Assembly: GCA_016927865.1 (NCBI GenBank)
Contig: JAFGLU010000067.1
Coordinates: 1,900-65,899, forward strand
Direction: 5' to 3'
Source: Anaerolineaceae bacterium
Lineage (GTDB): Bacteria > Chloroflexota > Anaerolineae > Anaerolineales > Anaerolineaceae
Length of the DNA: 64,000 bases
The position numbers and the translations under genes are program-made. Under the pieces are notes generated by a model that ran no database searches, was not told the origin of the DNA, and was given only the letters and a program-made list of their open reading frames with translations. Shown here piece after piece: positions 9,560 to 18,831 of this stretch; the stretch's first letter is position 1, and each line of letters starts with the position of its first letter.

Positions 9560-10795
9560 ATGCCGGCTCAAGAAAAAATTCGGGTCTTAATTGTTGATGA
9601 TATTGCCGAGACTAGAGAAAATATCCGTCGCATGCTGCAATTCGATGCCAACATCGAAATAGCCGGCACCGCGCGAACCGGCCGCGAAGCGATCGATCAG
9701 TCTATAGCAACCAAGCCTGATGTAATCATCATGGACATCAACATGCCCGACATGGATGGAATCACCGCTACCCAAGAAGTAAAAAAGAAGCTTCCTTACG
9801 TGCAGGTGGTGATCCTATCGGTGCAAAATGATCCGAGTTACATGCGCCGGGCCATGCTGGCTGGCGCGCGTGATTTCCTCACCAAGCCGCCCATGATTGA
9901 CGAACTCACCGACGCAATCCGGCGCGCCGGTGTGATGGCTCACGAAGAACGCAAGAAAGCCTCCTCCAGCTTCACCTCAGGCCCCACCGATGTTGGCGGC
10001 GTTCCCACTCAGGCCAAACCTTCCAGCTCGCTGGGCAAGGTAATTGTTGTTTACAGCCCCAAGGGCGGTACCGGCCGCACCACCATCGCCACCAACCTGG
10101 CCATCGCCCTACACACCGATGAAAACAAGGTCGCCCTGGTCGATGGCAACCTGCAATTTGGGGATGTGGCGGTATTCCTCAATGAGCAAGGTAAGAACAC
10201 CATCCTCGATCTGGCCCCCCGCGCCGATGAGCTGGACACCGATATTGTCCAAGAGGTGATGGTCAACAACCGCACCACTGGCATAGACATTCTGGCTGCT
10301 CCTCCCCGCCCCGAAATGGCCGACAAGGTGACCGGAGACCAATTCTCCAAGCTGATCGATTTCTTCCGCCACATTTATTCCTACGTTGTCATCGATACCG
10401 GATCTTACCTCACCGAAGCGGTTCAGGCCGCGTTAGATATCTCTAATATCATCGTGCTCATCACTACTCAAGATATCCCATCGATCAAAAACTGCAATTT
10501 GTTCCTCACCCTGGCAGATGCCTCAGGATTAAAGCGCAGCCGCATCATGTTCGTCATGAATCGCTACGACAAACGCATTGCCATTTCACCCGAACGGGTT
10601 GGTGAGAGTTTACGCCAGGAAATTGTGCTGGCCCTTCCTAGCGACGAAAGAATCGTCAGCAACGCCGTGAACCGCGGTATTCCCTTCATGATCGATAACA
10701 AAATCCAACCCATCGGCAAGAGTATTCAGCAGCTTGTCGATCTCATCAAAGAAAAAATCACCAAGCTGGAGAACACAGAAGTAGAAGTTAAATAA
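9560..10795 (+). CDS. cpaE: CpaE/TadZ: receiver domain plus MinD/ParA-like ATPase
   Basis: VLIVDD...IMDINMP receiver, then YSPKGGTGRTT deviant Walker A and VDGNLQFGD. Confidence 0.9.
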   Translation: MPAQEKIRVLIVDDIAETRENIRRMLQFDANIEIAGTARTGREAIDQSIATKPDVIIMDINMPDMDGITATQEVKKKLPYVQVVILSVQNDPSYMRRAMLAGARDFLTKPPMIDELTDAIRRAGVMAHEERKKASSSFTSGPTDVGGVPTQAKPSSSLGKVIVVYSPKGGTGRTTIATNLAIALHTDENKVALVDGNLQFGDVAVFLNEQGKNTILDLAPRADELDTDIVQEVMVNNRTTGIDILAAPPRPEMADKVTGDQFSKLIDFFRHIYSYVVIDTGSYLTEAVQAALDISNIIVLITTQDIPSIKNCNLFLTLADASGLKRSRIMFVMNRYDKRIAISPERVGESLRQEIVLALPSDERIVSNAVNRGIPFMIDNKIQPIGKSIQQLVDLIKEKITKLENTEVEVK

Positions 10796-10842
10796 CCCTC
10801 GGTTCGCGAATTACTGGTTGGTTTGTTTTAAGGAGAAAGAAA

Positions 10843-12243
10843 ATGTCGATATTAAAGCGAATTCAAGGTACACCGTCGGGTAATCAAAACTCTTCGGGCA
10901 CGCCTTCTTCACAGGAACAAACACCTGCCCAGGGGGCTCGCCGCGTTTCTGCTCCCAACATTCCTTCAGCGCAAGATACTTACCAGGACCTTAAGAACCG
11001 CGTCCAAAACAAGCTGATTTCGACTCTCGAACCCACGACCGATCCCTCCAAAGTAGCCGAAGTTCGCCGCACCATCCAGGAATTGTTTGAGCAGATCCTC
11101 TCGCAGGAGAATATTGTTCTTTCACGCCCCGAACGCGCCCGGATGTTCGAGCAAATCGCCGCCGAAATTCTTGGTTTTGGTCCGCTTCAACCCCTTTTGG
11201 AAGATGAAACCATCACTGAAATCATGGTCAATGGCGCTAAGAACATCTACATCGAGCGCGGCGGACGCCTTCACCGTGCCCCGCTGACCTTCGAAAGCAA
11301 TGCCCATGTCATGCGCATCATTGAGCGCATTGTGGCGCCGCTGGGCCGCCGTATTGACGAATCCAGCCCCTACGTGGATGCGCGCTTGCCCGACGGCTCC
11401 CGCGTCAATGCCGTCATCCAGCCTATCTCTTTGGTCGGCCCTTCCCTTACCATTCGCAAGTTCTCCAAGAAACCCATCACGGTCGAGCAACTCATTCAAT
11501 TCGGATCCATCACACCCGAAGCGGTCGAATTCCTCAAGGCCTGTGTTATGTCGCGCCTGAACATTATCGTCTCCGGCGGTACCGGCTCAGGCAAGACAAC
11601 CCTCCTCAACATCCTTTCGGGCTTCATCCCCTCCGACGAACGCATTCTGACCATCGAGAATGCAGCCGAACTTCAGCTACGACAGGAACATGTCGTCACC
11701 CTGGAATCCCGCCCGGCTAACATTGAAGGCAAAGGTGAAATCACCATCCGCGCCCTGGTCATCAACGCATTGCGCATGCGCCCCGACCGCATCGTGGTTG
11801 GAGAATGCCGCGGCGATGAGGCCCTGGACATGCTCCAGGCTATGAACACCGGTCACGATGGCTCTATGACTACAGCCCACTCCAACAGCCCGCGCGATAC
11901 CCTCTCTCGCCTCGAGACCATGAGCTTGATGGCAGGCGTGGAACTACCCATCCGCGCTATCCGCGAGCAGCTCTCTGCCGCCGTAGATCTGGTGGTTCAC
12001 CAGGAACGCATGCGCGACGGCACCCGCAAGATCGTCAACATCACCGAAGTCTCTGGCATGGAAGGTGATGTCATCACCACGACCGACCTGTTTATATTTG
12101 AGCAAGCCGGATATGAGAACGGCAAGATCATCGGCCGCTTGCGCCCCACCGGCCTGCGGCCACGCTTCATGGACAAAATTGAAGCTTCCGGAATTCATCT
12201 GCCCGCTACCATTTTTGGTATCGGGGAACGCCGTCGCTACTAA
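10843..12243 (+). CDS. cpaF: Flp pilus assembly ATPase CpaF/TadA
   Basis: [25 protein letters not shown] and AMNTGHDGS motifs. Confidence 0.96.
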   Translation: MSILKRIQGTPSGNQNSSGTPSSQEQTPAQGARRVSAPNIPSAQDTYQDLKNRVQNKLISTLEPTTDPSKVAEVRRTIQELFEQILSQENIVLSRPERARMFEQIAAEILGFGPLQPLLEDETITEIMVNGAKNIYIERGGRLHRAPLTFESNAHVMRIIERIVAPLGRRIDESSPYVDARLPDGSRVNAVIQPISLVGPSLTIRKFSKKPITVEQLIQFGSITPEAVEFLKACVMSRLNIIVSGGTGSGKTTLLNILSGFIPSDERILTIENAAELQLRQEHVVTLESRPANIEGKGEITIRALVINALRMRPDRIVVGECRGDEALDMLQAMNTGHDGSMTTAHSNSPRDTLSRLETMSLMAGVELPIRAIREQLSAAVDLVVHQERMRDGTRKIVNITEVSGMEGDVITTTDLFIFEQAGYENGKIIGRLRPTGLRPRFMDKIEASGIHLPATIFGIGERRRY

Positions 12244-12293
12244 CCCGCGCCAGATTGGCGTGGGTAGTCATCCCTCAAAGAGGATGCAACCTT

Positions 12294-13262
12294 ATGGACA
12301 CGACTCTAATCTTAATAATAGGCGGCGCGCTAGCGGTCATTATATTGGTCGTCGGCATTGTCGTCTCCGTCACATCAGAACGCGCTGAAGTCGAAGATCG
12401 CCTCGGGCGTTACGCTGAAGCTCCGAAGGCAGAAGCCGAAAGAGGCTCGCAAACCCCGGTTGCCGACTGGCTCAACAAACGGGTAGCAGGATCTTCCTTC
12501 GGAGAAAAGCTGGCGCGCGACCTGGCGCGTGCTGACGTCAAGCTGAAAACGGGCGAGTTTGTAACTGTCATGCTCTTAGCCGCCATCCTGGTTGGTTTTA
12601 TCGTCTGGTTCATCGCCGGACAAAACATTCTGGGCGGGCTGGCCGGCGCAGCAATCGGGTTATTCCTCCCTCGCTTCTATGTGAACAGCCAGCAGTCCAA
12701 ACGCCTGGTCAGATTTAATGATCAACTGGGGGATATGCTCAACCTGATGGTCAACGGCTTGCGCGCGGGTTACTCAACCATGCAAGCGATGGAAGCCGTG
12801 AGCAAGGAGCTTCCCGCCCCCATCTGCGACGAATTCCGCCGCGTGGTGCAGGAAATGCAGTTGGGCGTGCCCATGCAAACCGCCCTCGACAACCTTCTGC
12901 GACGCATTCCCAGCGAGGACCTTGATCTGGTGATCACTGCCATTAATGTGCAGCGCGAGGTCGGTGGTAATCTGGCTGAAATTCTCGACACCATCTCCTT
13001 TACCATTCGTGAGCGCGTCCGCATTAAGGGCGAGATCCGTGTATTAACTTCGCAAACCATGTACTCTGGCCGCATGCTTGCCATGCTGCCCCTAGGTGTG
13101 ATCGGCATTCTCTACTTACTCAACCGCGAATACATGATGGAGTTTTTCAATCCTGCCAACAACGCCAGATTGCCATGCGGTTACATTGCCCTGGCCTGCG
13201 TGGCGATCTTAATCGTTGTCGGTTATGTGGCCATGAACAAACTTGCCGATATCGAGGTTTAA
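12294..13262 (+). CDS. tadB: Tight adherence membrane platform protein TadB
   Basis: T2SSF domain: LRAGYS...QREVGGNLAEILD...IRER. Confidence 0.92.
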   Translation: MDTTLILIIGGALAVIILVVGIVVSVTSERAEVEDRLGRYAEAPKAEAERGSQTPVADWLNKRVAGSSFGEKLARDLARADVKLKTGEFVTVMLLAAILVGFIVWFIAGQNILGGLAGAAIGLFLPRFYVNSQQSKRLVRFNDQLGDMLNLMVNGLRAGYSTMQAMEAVSKELPAPICDEFRRVVQEMQLGVPMQTALDNLLRRIPSEDLDLVITAINVQREVGGNLAEILDTISFTIRERVRIKGEIRVLTSQTMYSGRMLAMLPLGVIGILYLLNREYMMEFFNPANNARLPCGYIALACVAILIVVGYVAMNKLADIEV

Positions 13263-13280
13263 CCCAGGAGGTTACCCGCA

Positions 13281-14237
13281 ATGACCACAACCATAATTTT
13301 TATAGTCGTAGGATTGCTAATCGTTGGTGGCGCTGCAGCCCTCGTTTATATTGGTATGCGCCAACCGCAAACCAATGACGACCGGGCTCTGTTGGAACGC
13401 CTCGATGAATTCAACCAGCGCGGCGAACAAGTTGACCTGGAAAAAATCGAACTCTCTTTGCCCTTCCAGGAACGCATCATCTTCCCGATGGCGCGGAAAC
13501 TGGGCGACATCGCCGTAAAGTTTACCCCTCAGAACGCCATGCGCAGCATCTCACGCAATTTGGAACTGGCCGGTAACCCGGGGCGCATGGACCCCACCAT
13601 CTTCTTGGCGCTGCAATTTATCATCGCGGTCGTGCTTTTGATCGTACTCATCGTGGTGTTCACTGTCGGCCAATCCGATTGGCCCGTCGGCCAGAAAATT
13701 CTCATGGCAGGCGGTGGCGCGGTGATCGGTTTTTACCTGCCCCAACTGTGGCTGACCAGTAAGATCCAAGCCCGGCAGAAAGAAATTCGCAAAGCCATGC
13801 CAGATGCGCTGGATTTGCTAACCATTTGCGTGGAAGCCGGCCTGGGTTTTGACGCCGCGCTGGCCAAAGTCAGCGAAAAATGGGAATCAGAACTATCCCT
13901 GGCCTTTTCCCGTGTCATCCAAGAAGTGCAGCTCGGAAAGATCCGCCGCGAAGCGCTGCGCGACATGTCTGACCGCATTGGACTGGCCGAAATGACCAGC
14001 TTTGTGGCCGCGGTCATCCAATCTGAGCAGTTAGGCGTCAGCATGGCCAAGGTTCTGCGCATTCAATCCGACCAAATGCGTGTAAAGCGCCGCCAACTGG
14101 CTGAAGAGGAAGCTCACAAAGCCCCCATCAAGATGCTTCTCCCAATGGCCGGGCTCATCTTCCCCGCCCTGTTTATCTCACTCATGGCCCCCGCGGCTCT
14201 GCGTCTTATGAATTCGGCGATGGCCGGGATGTTTTAA
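13281..14237 (+). CDS. tadC: Tight adherence membrane platform protein TadC
   Basis: PDALDLLTICVEAGLGFDAAL, QSEQLG and AEEEAHKAPIKM motifs. Confidence 0.93.
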   Translation: MTTTIIFIVVGLLIVGGAAALVYIGMRQPQTNDDRALLERLDEFNQRGEQVDLEKIELSLPFQERIIFPMARKLGDIAVKFTPQNAMRSISRNLELAGNPGRMDPTIFLALQFIIAVVLLIVLIVVFTVGQSDWPVGQKILMAGGGAVIGFYLPQLWLTSKIQARQKEIRKAMPDALDLLTICVEAGLGFDAALAKVSEKWESELSLAFSRVIQEVQLGKIRREALRDMSDRIGLAEMTSFVAAVIQSEQLGVSMAKVLRIQSDQMRVKRRQLAEEEAHKAPIKMLLPMAGLIFPALFISLMAPAALRLMNSAMAGMF

Positions 14238-14258
14238 TTCGGCAACCAGGAGCAGCAC

Positions 14259-15044
14259 ATGACCCTGGAAAAATCCAGGGCTTCCCTGGCAGAACCCAGG
14301 GCTTCCCTGGCAGGGCTCTCTCAGTCGCCTGCCTCTAAGCTCTACCATCTGTTTTGGGAAGCAGTTGATTGGGTCTTCCCGCCGCTGTGCGGCGGCTGTC
14401 AGGCGGTGGGCGAGCGCTGGTGCAACTCCTGCCGCGATTCTGCTATCCCTCTTGACGGCCCCATTTGCCAGCACTGCGGAGCTTTGCTGCGCGAAGGCAG
14501 TTTATGTGCCGACTGTCAAAAGTCTCCTCCGGCGTATGCGTCTCTGCGCTCCTGTTACGTCTTCGATGGCGCGTTGCGCAGCGCCCTCCACCGATTGAAG
14601 TACAGCCGCGATATCGGCCTGGGCGAGGCCCTGGCTCAGCCGTTGGCGGCTTTGCTTGCTCAACTCGATTGGCCGGTCGATCTGGTCACCAGTGTGCCCC
14701 TGGGTAAAACCAGGCTGGCAGAACGTGGGTATAATCAATCTACCCTGTTGGCTCGCCCGCTGGCGCTTGCTCACCGGTTGCCATATTCATCCCGCTGTCT
14801 CAAACGCACGCGGGACACCGCATCGCAAGTTACCCTCACTGCGGCGGAACGCCGCACCAACGTTCAAGGGGCATTTTGGGCCGACCCTGCTCTAGTGAAA
14901 GGCAAGTCGATCCTGGTAGTAGACGACATCACGACCACCGGCTCTACCATCCAGGCCTGCGCCCTGGCGCTTGACCAGGCCGGAGCGAAAGCTTGCTACG
15001 GTCTGACTGTTGCTCGGGCAAATTATGTATCGTTGGCGGCTTGA
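14259..15044 (+). CDS. comF: ComF family protein (double zinc ribbon plus phosphoribosyltransferase fold)
   Basis: FPPLCGGC...C..C...C..C...C..C, ERGYNQS and ILVVDDITTTGST motifs. Confidence 0.92.
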   Translation: MTLEKSRASLAEPRASLAGLSQSPASKLYHLFWEAVDWVFPPLCGGCQAVGERWCNSCRDSAIPLDGPICQHCGALLREGSLCADCQKSPPAYASLRSCYVFDGALRSALHRLKYSRDIGLGEALAQPLAALLAQLDWPVDLVTSVPLGKTRLAERGYNQSTLLARPLALAHRLPYSSRCLKRTRDTASQVTLTAAERRTNVQGAFWADPALVKGKSILVVDDITTTGSTIQACALALDQAGAKACYGLTVARANYVSLAA

Positions 15045-15089
15045 CCGCCGTTCCTACCCTTCTCTTCATTCTCTCTTCAGGAGGATCCC

Positions 15090-15659
15090 ATGACTCTCAA
15101 GGTTGACATCTACCCCCACAACATGGAACTGACCGACCGGATTCGCGATTATGTGACCAAGAAGGTCGCCAAGCTGGATCGCTTTCTTAACGATGTAGAT
15201 GAGACTCGCGTCGACCTTGACTTCCAGAAATCTATGCGCAGCCCAGCGGATCGCCAGGTAGCGCAGATCACCCTGCGCGGGCGCGGATACATTCTGCGAA
15301 CCGAGGAACGCTCTGACGATCTGTTTGCCGCGGTGGATGCCGCTCTGGAAAAGATGCAGCGCAAAATTGAGCGCTACAAGGGCAAGCGCACCCGCGGGCG
15401 CGGTGATGGCGTTTCCGCTGCTGAAATCGCCATACCCATCGCCGAAGGCGAAGAAGAAGAAGCCGAGGCCCAGCCCATCATTGCTCGCCGCAAAACCTTC
15501 ACCCTGGTGCCGATGGATGAACTGGAAGCCATTGAACAGATGAGCCGCCTTGGGCACGAAGATTTCTTTATCTTCTACAACGCCAATACCAGCGCTATAA
15601 ACGTTTTGTATCAACGCCGAGACGGAAGCTACGGCTTGATCGAACCGCGCATGGGATAA
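15090..15659 (+). CDS. hpf: Ribosome hibernation promoting factor (long HPF/RaiA)
   Basis: DLFAAVDAALEKMQRKIERYK, and C-terminal PMDELEAIEQMSRLGHEDFFIF...YGLIEP. Confidence 0.95.
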   Translation: MTLKVDIYPHNMELTDRIRDYVTKKVAKLDRFLNDVDETRVDLDFQKSMRSPADRQVAQITLRGRGYILRTEERSDDLFAAVDAALEKMQRKIERYKGKRTRGRGDGVSAAEIAIPIAEGEEEEAEAQPIIARRKTFTLVPMDELEAIEQMSRLGHEDFFIFYNANTSAINVLYQRRDGSYGLIEPRMG

Positions 15660-15672
15660 ACGATTTCTCAAT

Positions 15673-15713
15673 ACATAAAAGCGGGCTGCGCTTCGCGCAG
15701 CCCGCTTTTATGT
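15673..15713. terminator. Bidirectional terminator between hpf and malQ
   Basis: acataaaagcgggctgcgc-ttc-gcgcagcccgcttttatgt perfect stem. Confidence 0.85.
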
Positions 15714-15724
15714 TTACGGCAAGT

Positions 15725-17266
15725 TTATAGGAAGTATCCGTCGGTCGTCTTCTTGGCCTTGGGCTTGCGCTTGCCTTCCGGCAGGCGGCTGTACAAGAAA
15801 TTCAACTCGGCGATGCGCAGGCGCAACCCGTCGCTCAAAGCCTGCCCATCCATCCGCCAGCTCCAGTTTCCGCTGGGCCTTCCAGGGAAATTCATCCGCG
15901 CCTCTCCGCCTAACGAGAGGAAGTCCTGCAACGGGGCCAGCACCATGTCGGCCACCGAGCCCCACACCGCGCGGATCATATCCCAGGAGACATCCTCGCC
16001 CGAGCGAGCCAGGTAGCGGCGCAGCAGGTCGCGCTCCTTTTCCGCGGTCGTCGCGTACCAACCCCTCGATGTGTCATTGTCGTGTGTTCCGGTATAGGCT
16101 ACGCAGTTGCGGGGGTAATTGTGCGGCAGGAAATCATTTTCGGGCGCGTCAAAGCCAAACTGGAGAATCTTCATTCCAGGCAAGTTGAAACTGTCGCGCA
16201 GTTCATCCACGTCCACGGTGATCTCGCCCAAATCCTCGGCGATGATGGGCAGGTTACCCAGTTCTTTTTGGACGGTCGCAAACAGATCCATGCCCGGCGC
16301 GGGCACCCAGCGCCCCTTAACGGCTGTCTCGCTGCCGAATGGCACTTCCCAATACCCGGCAAAGCCGCGGAAGTGATCAACCCGCAAGATGTCCACCTGT
16401 TGCAAACCGGCGCGCAAGCGGTCTAGCCACCAGGCGTAACCGGTCTGGGTGTGATACTCCCAGCGGTACAGGGGGTTGCCCCATAACTGCCCGGTCGGCG
16501 AGAAGTAATCCGGCGGAACCCCCGCCACCACGGTTGGCTTGCGGTTCTTATCAAAGTGGAACAGTTCGGGATTCGACCAGGCATCGGCGCTGTCAAAAGA
16601 CACAAAAATGGGCATATCGCCAATGATGGCAATGCCTTTAGCATTTGCATACGCTTTGAGCGCTATCCATTGGTTGAAGAACACGAATTGGCGGAAGGTG
16701 TGCCGCAAGATGTCATCAGCGTGACCCTCACGGAAAGCCTCTAGCGCCTTCGGCTCACGCAAGCGCAGCGGGTCGGGCCAATCTACCCACGAAACGCCGC
16801 CCTGCGACTCCTTAATCGCCATAAACAAGGCGAAATCAGGCAGCCACAGAGACTGGGCCTTTTGGAAATCCTCAAAAGCCTCCTGTCGCTTGGCTGATTT
16901 GGATTTCTTGAAGCGTTTGAAAGCCCGCTCCAGCAGCTTCAACTTCCAGTCAATCACTGGGCCAAAATCGACTCGCCCAGGCTGGAACGCAGGCCGATCT
17001 AGCAGATCGTCCTGGCTCAACAGACCTTCGTCCAGCAGCACTGCCGGGCTTACCAGGTAAGGGTTCCCAGCAAACGCCGAGAAGCACTGGTAGGGAGAAT
17101 CGCCATAGCCCGTAGGCCCCAGGGGCAGCACCTGCCACAGGCTGCAACCCGCTTCGGCCAGAAAGTTCACCCAGCGGTAAGCCTCGGGGCCCAAATCGCC
17201 GATTCCATCCGGTCCGGGCAGGCTGGAGGGATGCAAGATAATACCGGAAGAACGCGGAAATTGCAT
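15725..17266 (-). CDS. malQ: 4-alpha-glucanotransferase (GH77)
   Basis: GIILHPSSLP, WQVLPLGPT, GVPPDYFSPTGQLWGNP, RVDHFRGF, AEDLG and GTHDN motifs. Confidence 0.97.
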   Translation of the reverse strand: MQFPRSSGIILHPSSLPGPDGIGDLGPEAYRWVNFLAEAGCSLWQVLPLGPTGYGDSPYQCFSAFAGNPYLVSPAVLLDEGLLSQDDLLDRPAFQPGRVDFGPVIDWKLKLLERAFKRFKKSKSAKRQEAFEDFQKAQSLWLPDFALFMAIKESQGGVSWVDWPDPLRLREPKALEAFREGHADDILRHTFRQFVFFNQWIALKAYANAKGIAIIGDMPIFVSFDSADAWSNPELFHFDKNRKPTVVAGVPPDYFSPTGQLWGNPLYRWEYHTQTGYAWWLDRLRAGLQQVDILRVDHFRGFAGYWEVPFGSETAVKGRWVPAPGMDLFATVQKELGNLPIIAEDLGEITVDVDELRDSFNLPGMKILQFGFDAPENDFLPHNYPRNCVAYTGTHDNDTSRGWYATTAEKERDLLRRYLARSGEDVSWDMIRAVWGSVADMVLAPLQDFLSLGGEARMNFPGRPSGNWSWRMDGQALSDGLRLRIAELNFLYSRLPEGKRKPKAKKTTDGYFL

Positions 17267-17282
17267 AGTACCTTCCTTTTTT

Positions 17283-18755
17283 TTACTCAGATTGTTTGAC
17301 TAACCGCAAGTACAGGCGCATGTATTCTTGTCCTGAGCGCTCCCAGGAAAACTCTTGCTGCATGGCAAACTTGCGCCTGGCTCCCCATTCTTCTTGTTCG
17401 TTATAGGCGGCCAGCGCGCGCCGCAGCGTGCCCGCCAGCGTCTCAATGGTGGCGCCTTCGAACAAGAAACCGCTGCTCTCAGCCGGGTCGGCTTGATCGC
17501 TGATCGTATCACGCAGGCCGCCGGTTGCGCTGGCCACCGGCAGGCAGCCATAACGCATGGCCATCATCTGCGCCAGCCCGCAGGGCTCATAACGGGACGG
17601 CATCAACAGCATATCCCCGCCTGCGTACATGCGCCGCGAAAAAACCGCATCAAACCGAATTACCGCGCGCAGGCGATCGGGCAGATCACGTTCGAGCTGG
17701 CGGCACATCTCTTCCAGGCCTGGCTCGCCCGTCCCCAGCAAGATAGCCTGCCAGGACAAATCGGCAATCTCGGCCAGCGCTCCCGCCGCCACGTCTACAC
17801 CCTTCTGGTGGTCCATCCGGCTGATCAAAATCAGCAGCGGCAAGTCCTGGTCAGACTCCAGGCCCACTTCGTCCAGCAGGGCTTTTTTATTAGGCGCGCG
17901 GTCAGCTACATGAGTCAGATCGTAGTTTTTCACCAGCGCACGATCAGTGGCCGGGTTGATCGAATCCAGGTCGATGCCATTGAGGATGCCCACCAGGCTG
18001 TCAGATCGAGCCTGCAAAAACCCCTCCAGCCCACAGCCAAACTCAGGGGTTAGAATTTCCCGGCTGTAGGTGGGCGAAACGGTCGTGATGATATCGGCCG
18101 CCGAGAGGGCCATGGGCAGAGGCTGGTAATGGCCCCACTCCGGCAAGCGCTCATCAGTGTTTTCGGGGATGCCGAACTCGCGCATGGCCTGGTCGGTCCC
18201 TGCGCCCATGTAAGGCAGGTTGTGCACAGTAAATACGCTGTGCGTGTGCGCATAAAAGGGGTCCGTCTTGCGCAGTTCTGCCAACATATGCACCGCCACG
18301 CCCACGTGCCAATCCTGAGCATGCAGGATATCGAACGGCCAGCCCAACGCTTTGGGTAATTCGAGCAGCGCCAGAGAGAAGAAGGTGAACTTACGCCCGT
18401 CCTTCTGGGTATCGATGCTGTATACCCCGCCCTGTTTTGGAATCGGCTTACCGTCAATCAGGTAAGTGACAATGCCGTTCAGCTCGGTCTGGTACACCTG
18501 GGTAATGATGGCTCCGCCGGGGTAGCGCGTTTTATATTTCAACAGCGGTCGGATGGCGGGCGTATCGCGCGGGATGGTAGGGTGATAGGGAATCACCACG
18601 CGCACATCCAGCGTACGGCCTTCTCGCGCCTCTTCAGGCAGCGCCGGCAGGATGGACGGCAGCACTCCGGCCACATCTCCCAGCCCGCCCACCTTCACCA
18701 GTGGCGCAGCCTCGGCGCCGGCAAACAACACTCGGATGGGTTCAGAAGCAGCCAT
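17283..18755 (-). CDS. glgA: Glycogen synthase (GT5)
   Basis: KVGGLGDV, HAQDWH, TVSPTYSREI and MPSRYEPCGL motifs. Confidence 0.95.
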   Translation of the reverse strand: MAASEPIRVLFAGAEAAPLVKVGGLGDVAGVLPSILPALPEEAREGRTLDVRVVIPYHPTIPRDTPAIRPLLKYKTRYPGGAIITQVYQTELNGIVTYLIDGKPIPKQGGVYSIDTQKDGRKFTFFSLALLELPKALGWPFDILHAQDWHVGVAVHMLAELRKTDPFYAHTHSVFTVHNLPYMGAGTDQAMREFGIPENTDERLPEWGHYQPLPMALSAADIITTVSPTYSREILTPEFGCGLEGFLQARSDSLVGILNGIDLDSINPATDRALVKNYDLTHVADRAPNKKALLDEVGLESDQDLPLLILISRMDHQKGVDVAAGALAEIADLSWQAILLGTGEPGLEEMCRQLERDLPDRLRAVIRFDAVFSRRMYAGGDMLLMPSRYEPCGLAQMMAMRYGCLPVASATGGLRDTISDQADPAESSGFLFEGATIETLAGTLRRALAAYNEQEEWGARRKFAMQQEFSWERSGQEYMRLYLRLVKQSE

Positions 18756-18831
18756 TGCCGTCCCTCCTCTTGGTTAATGCTCAAATGGATAAGAGGTTCC
18801 CCAATCCTTTCTGAGCAGAGAACTCACTTTC

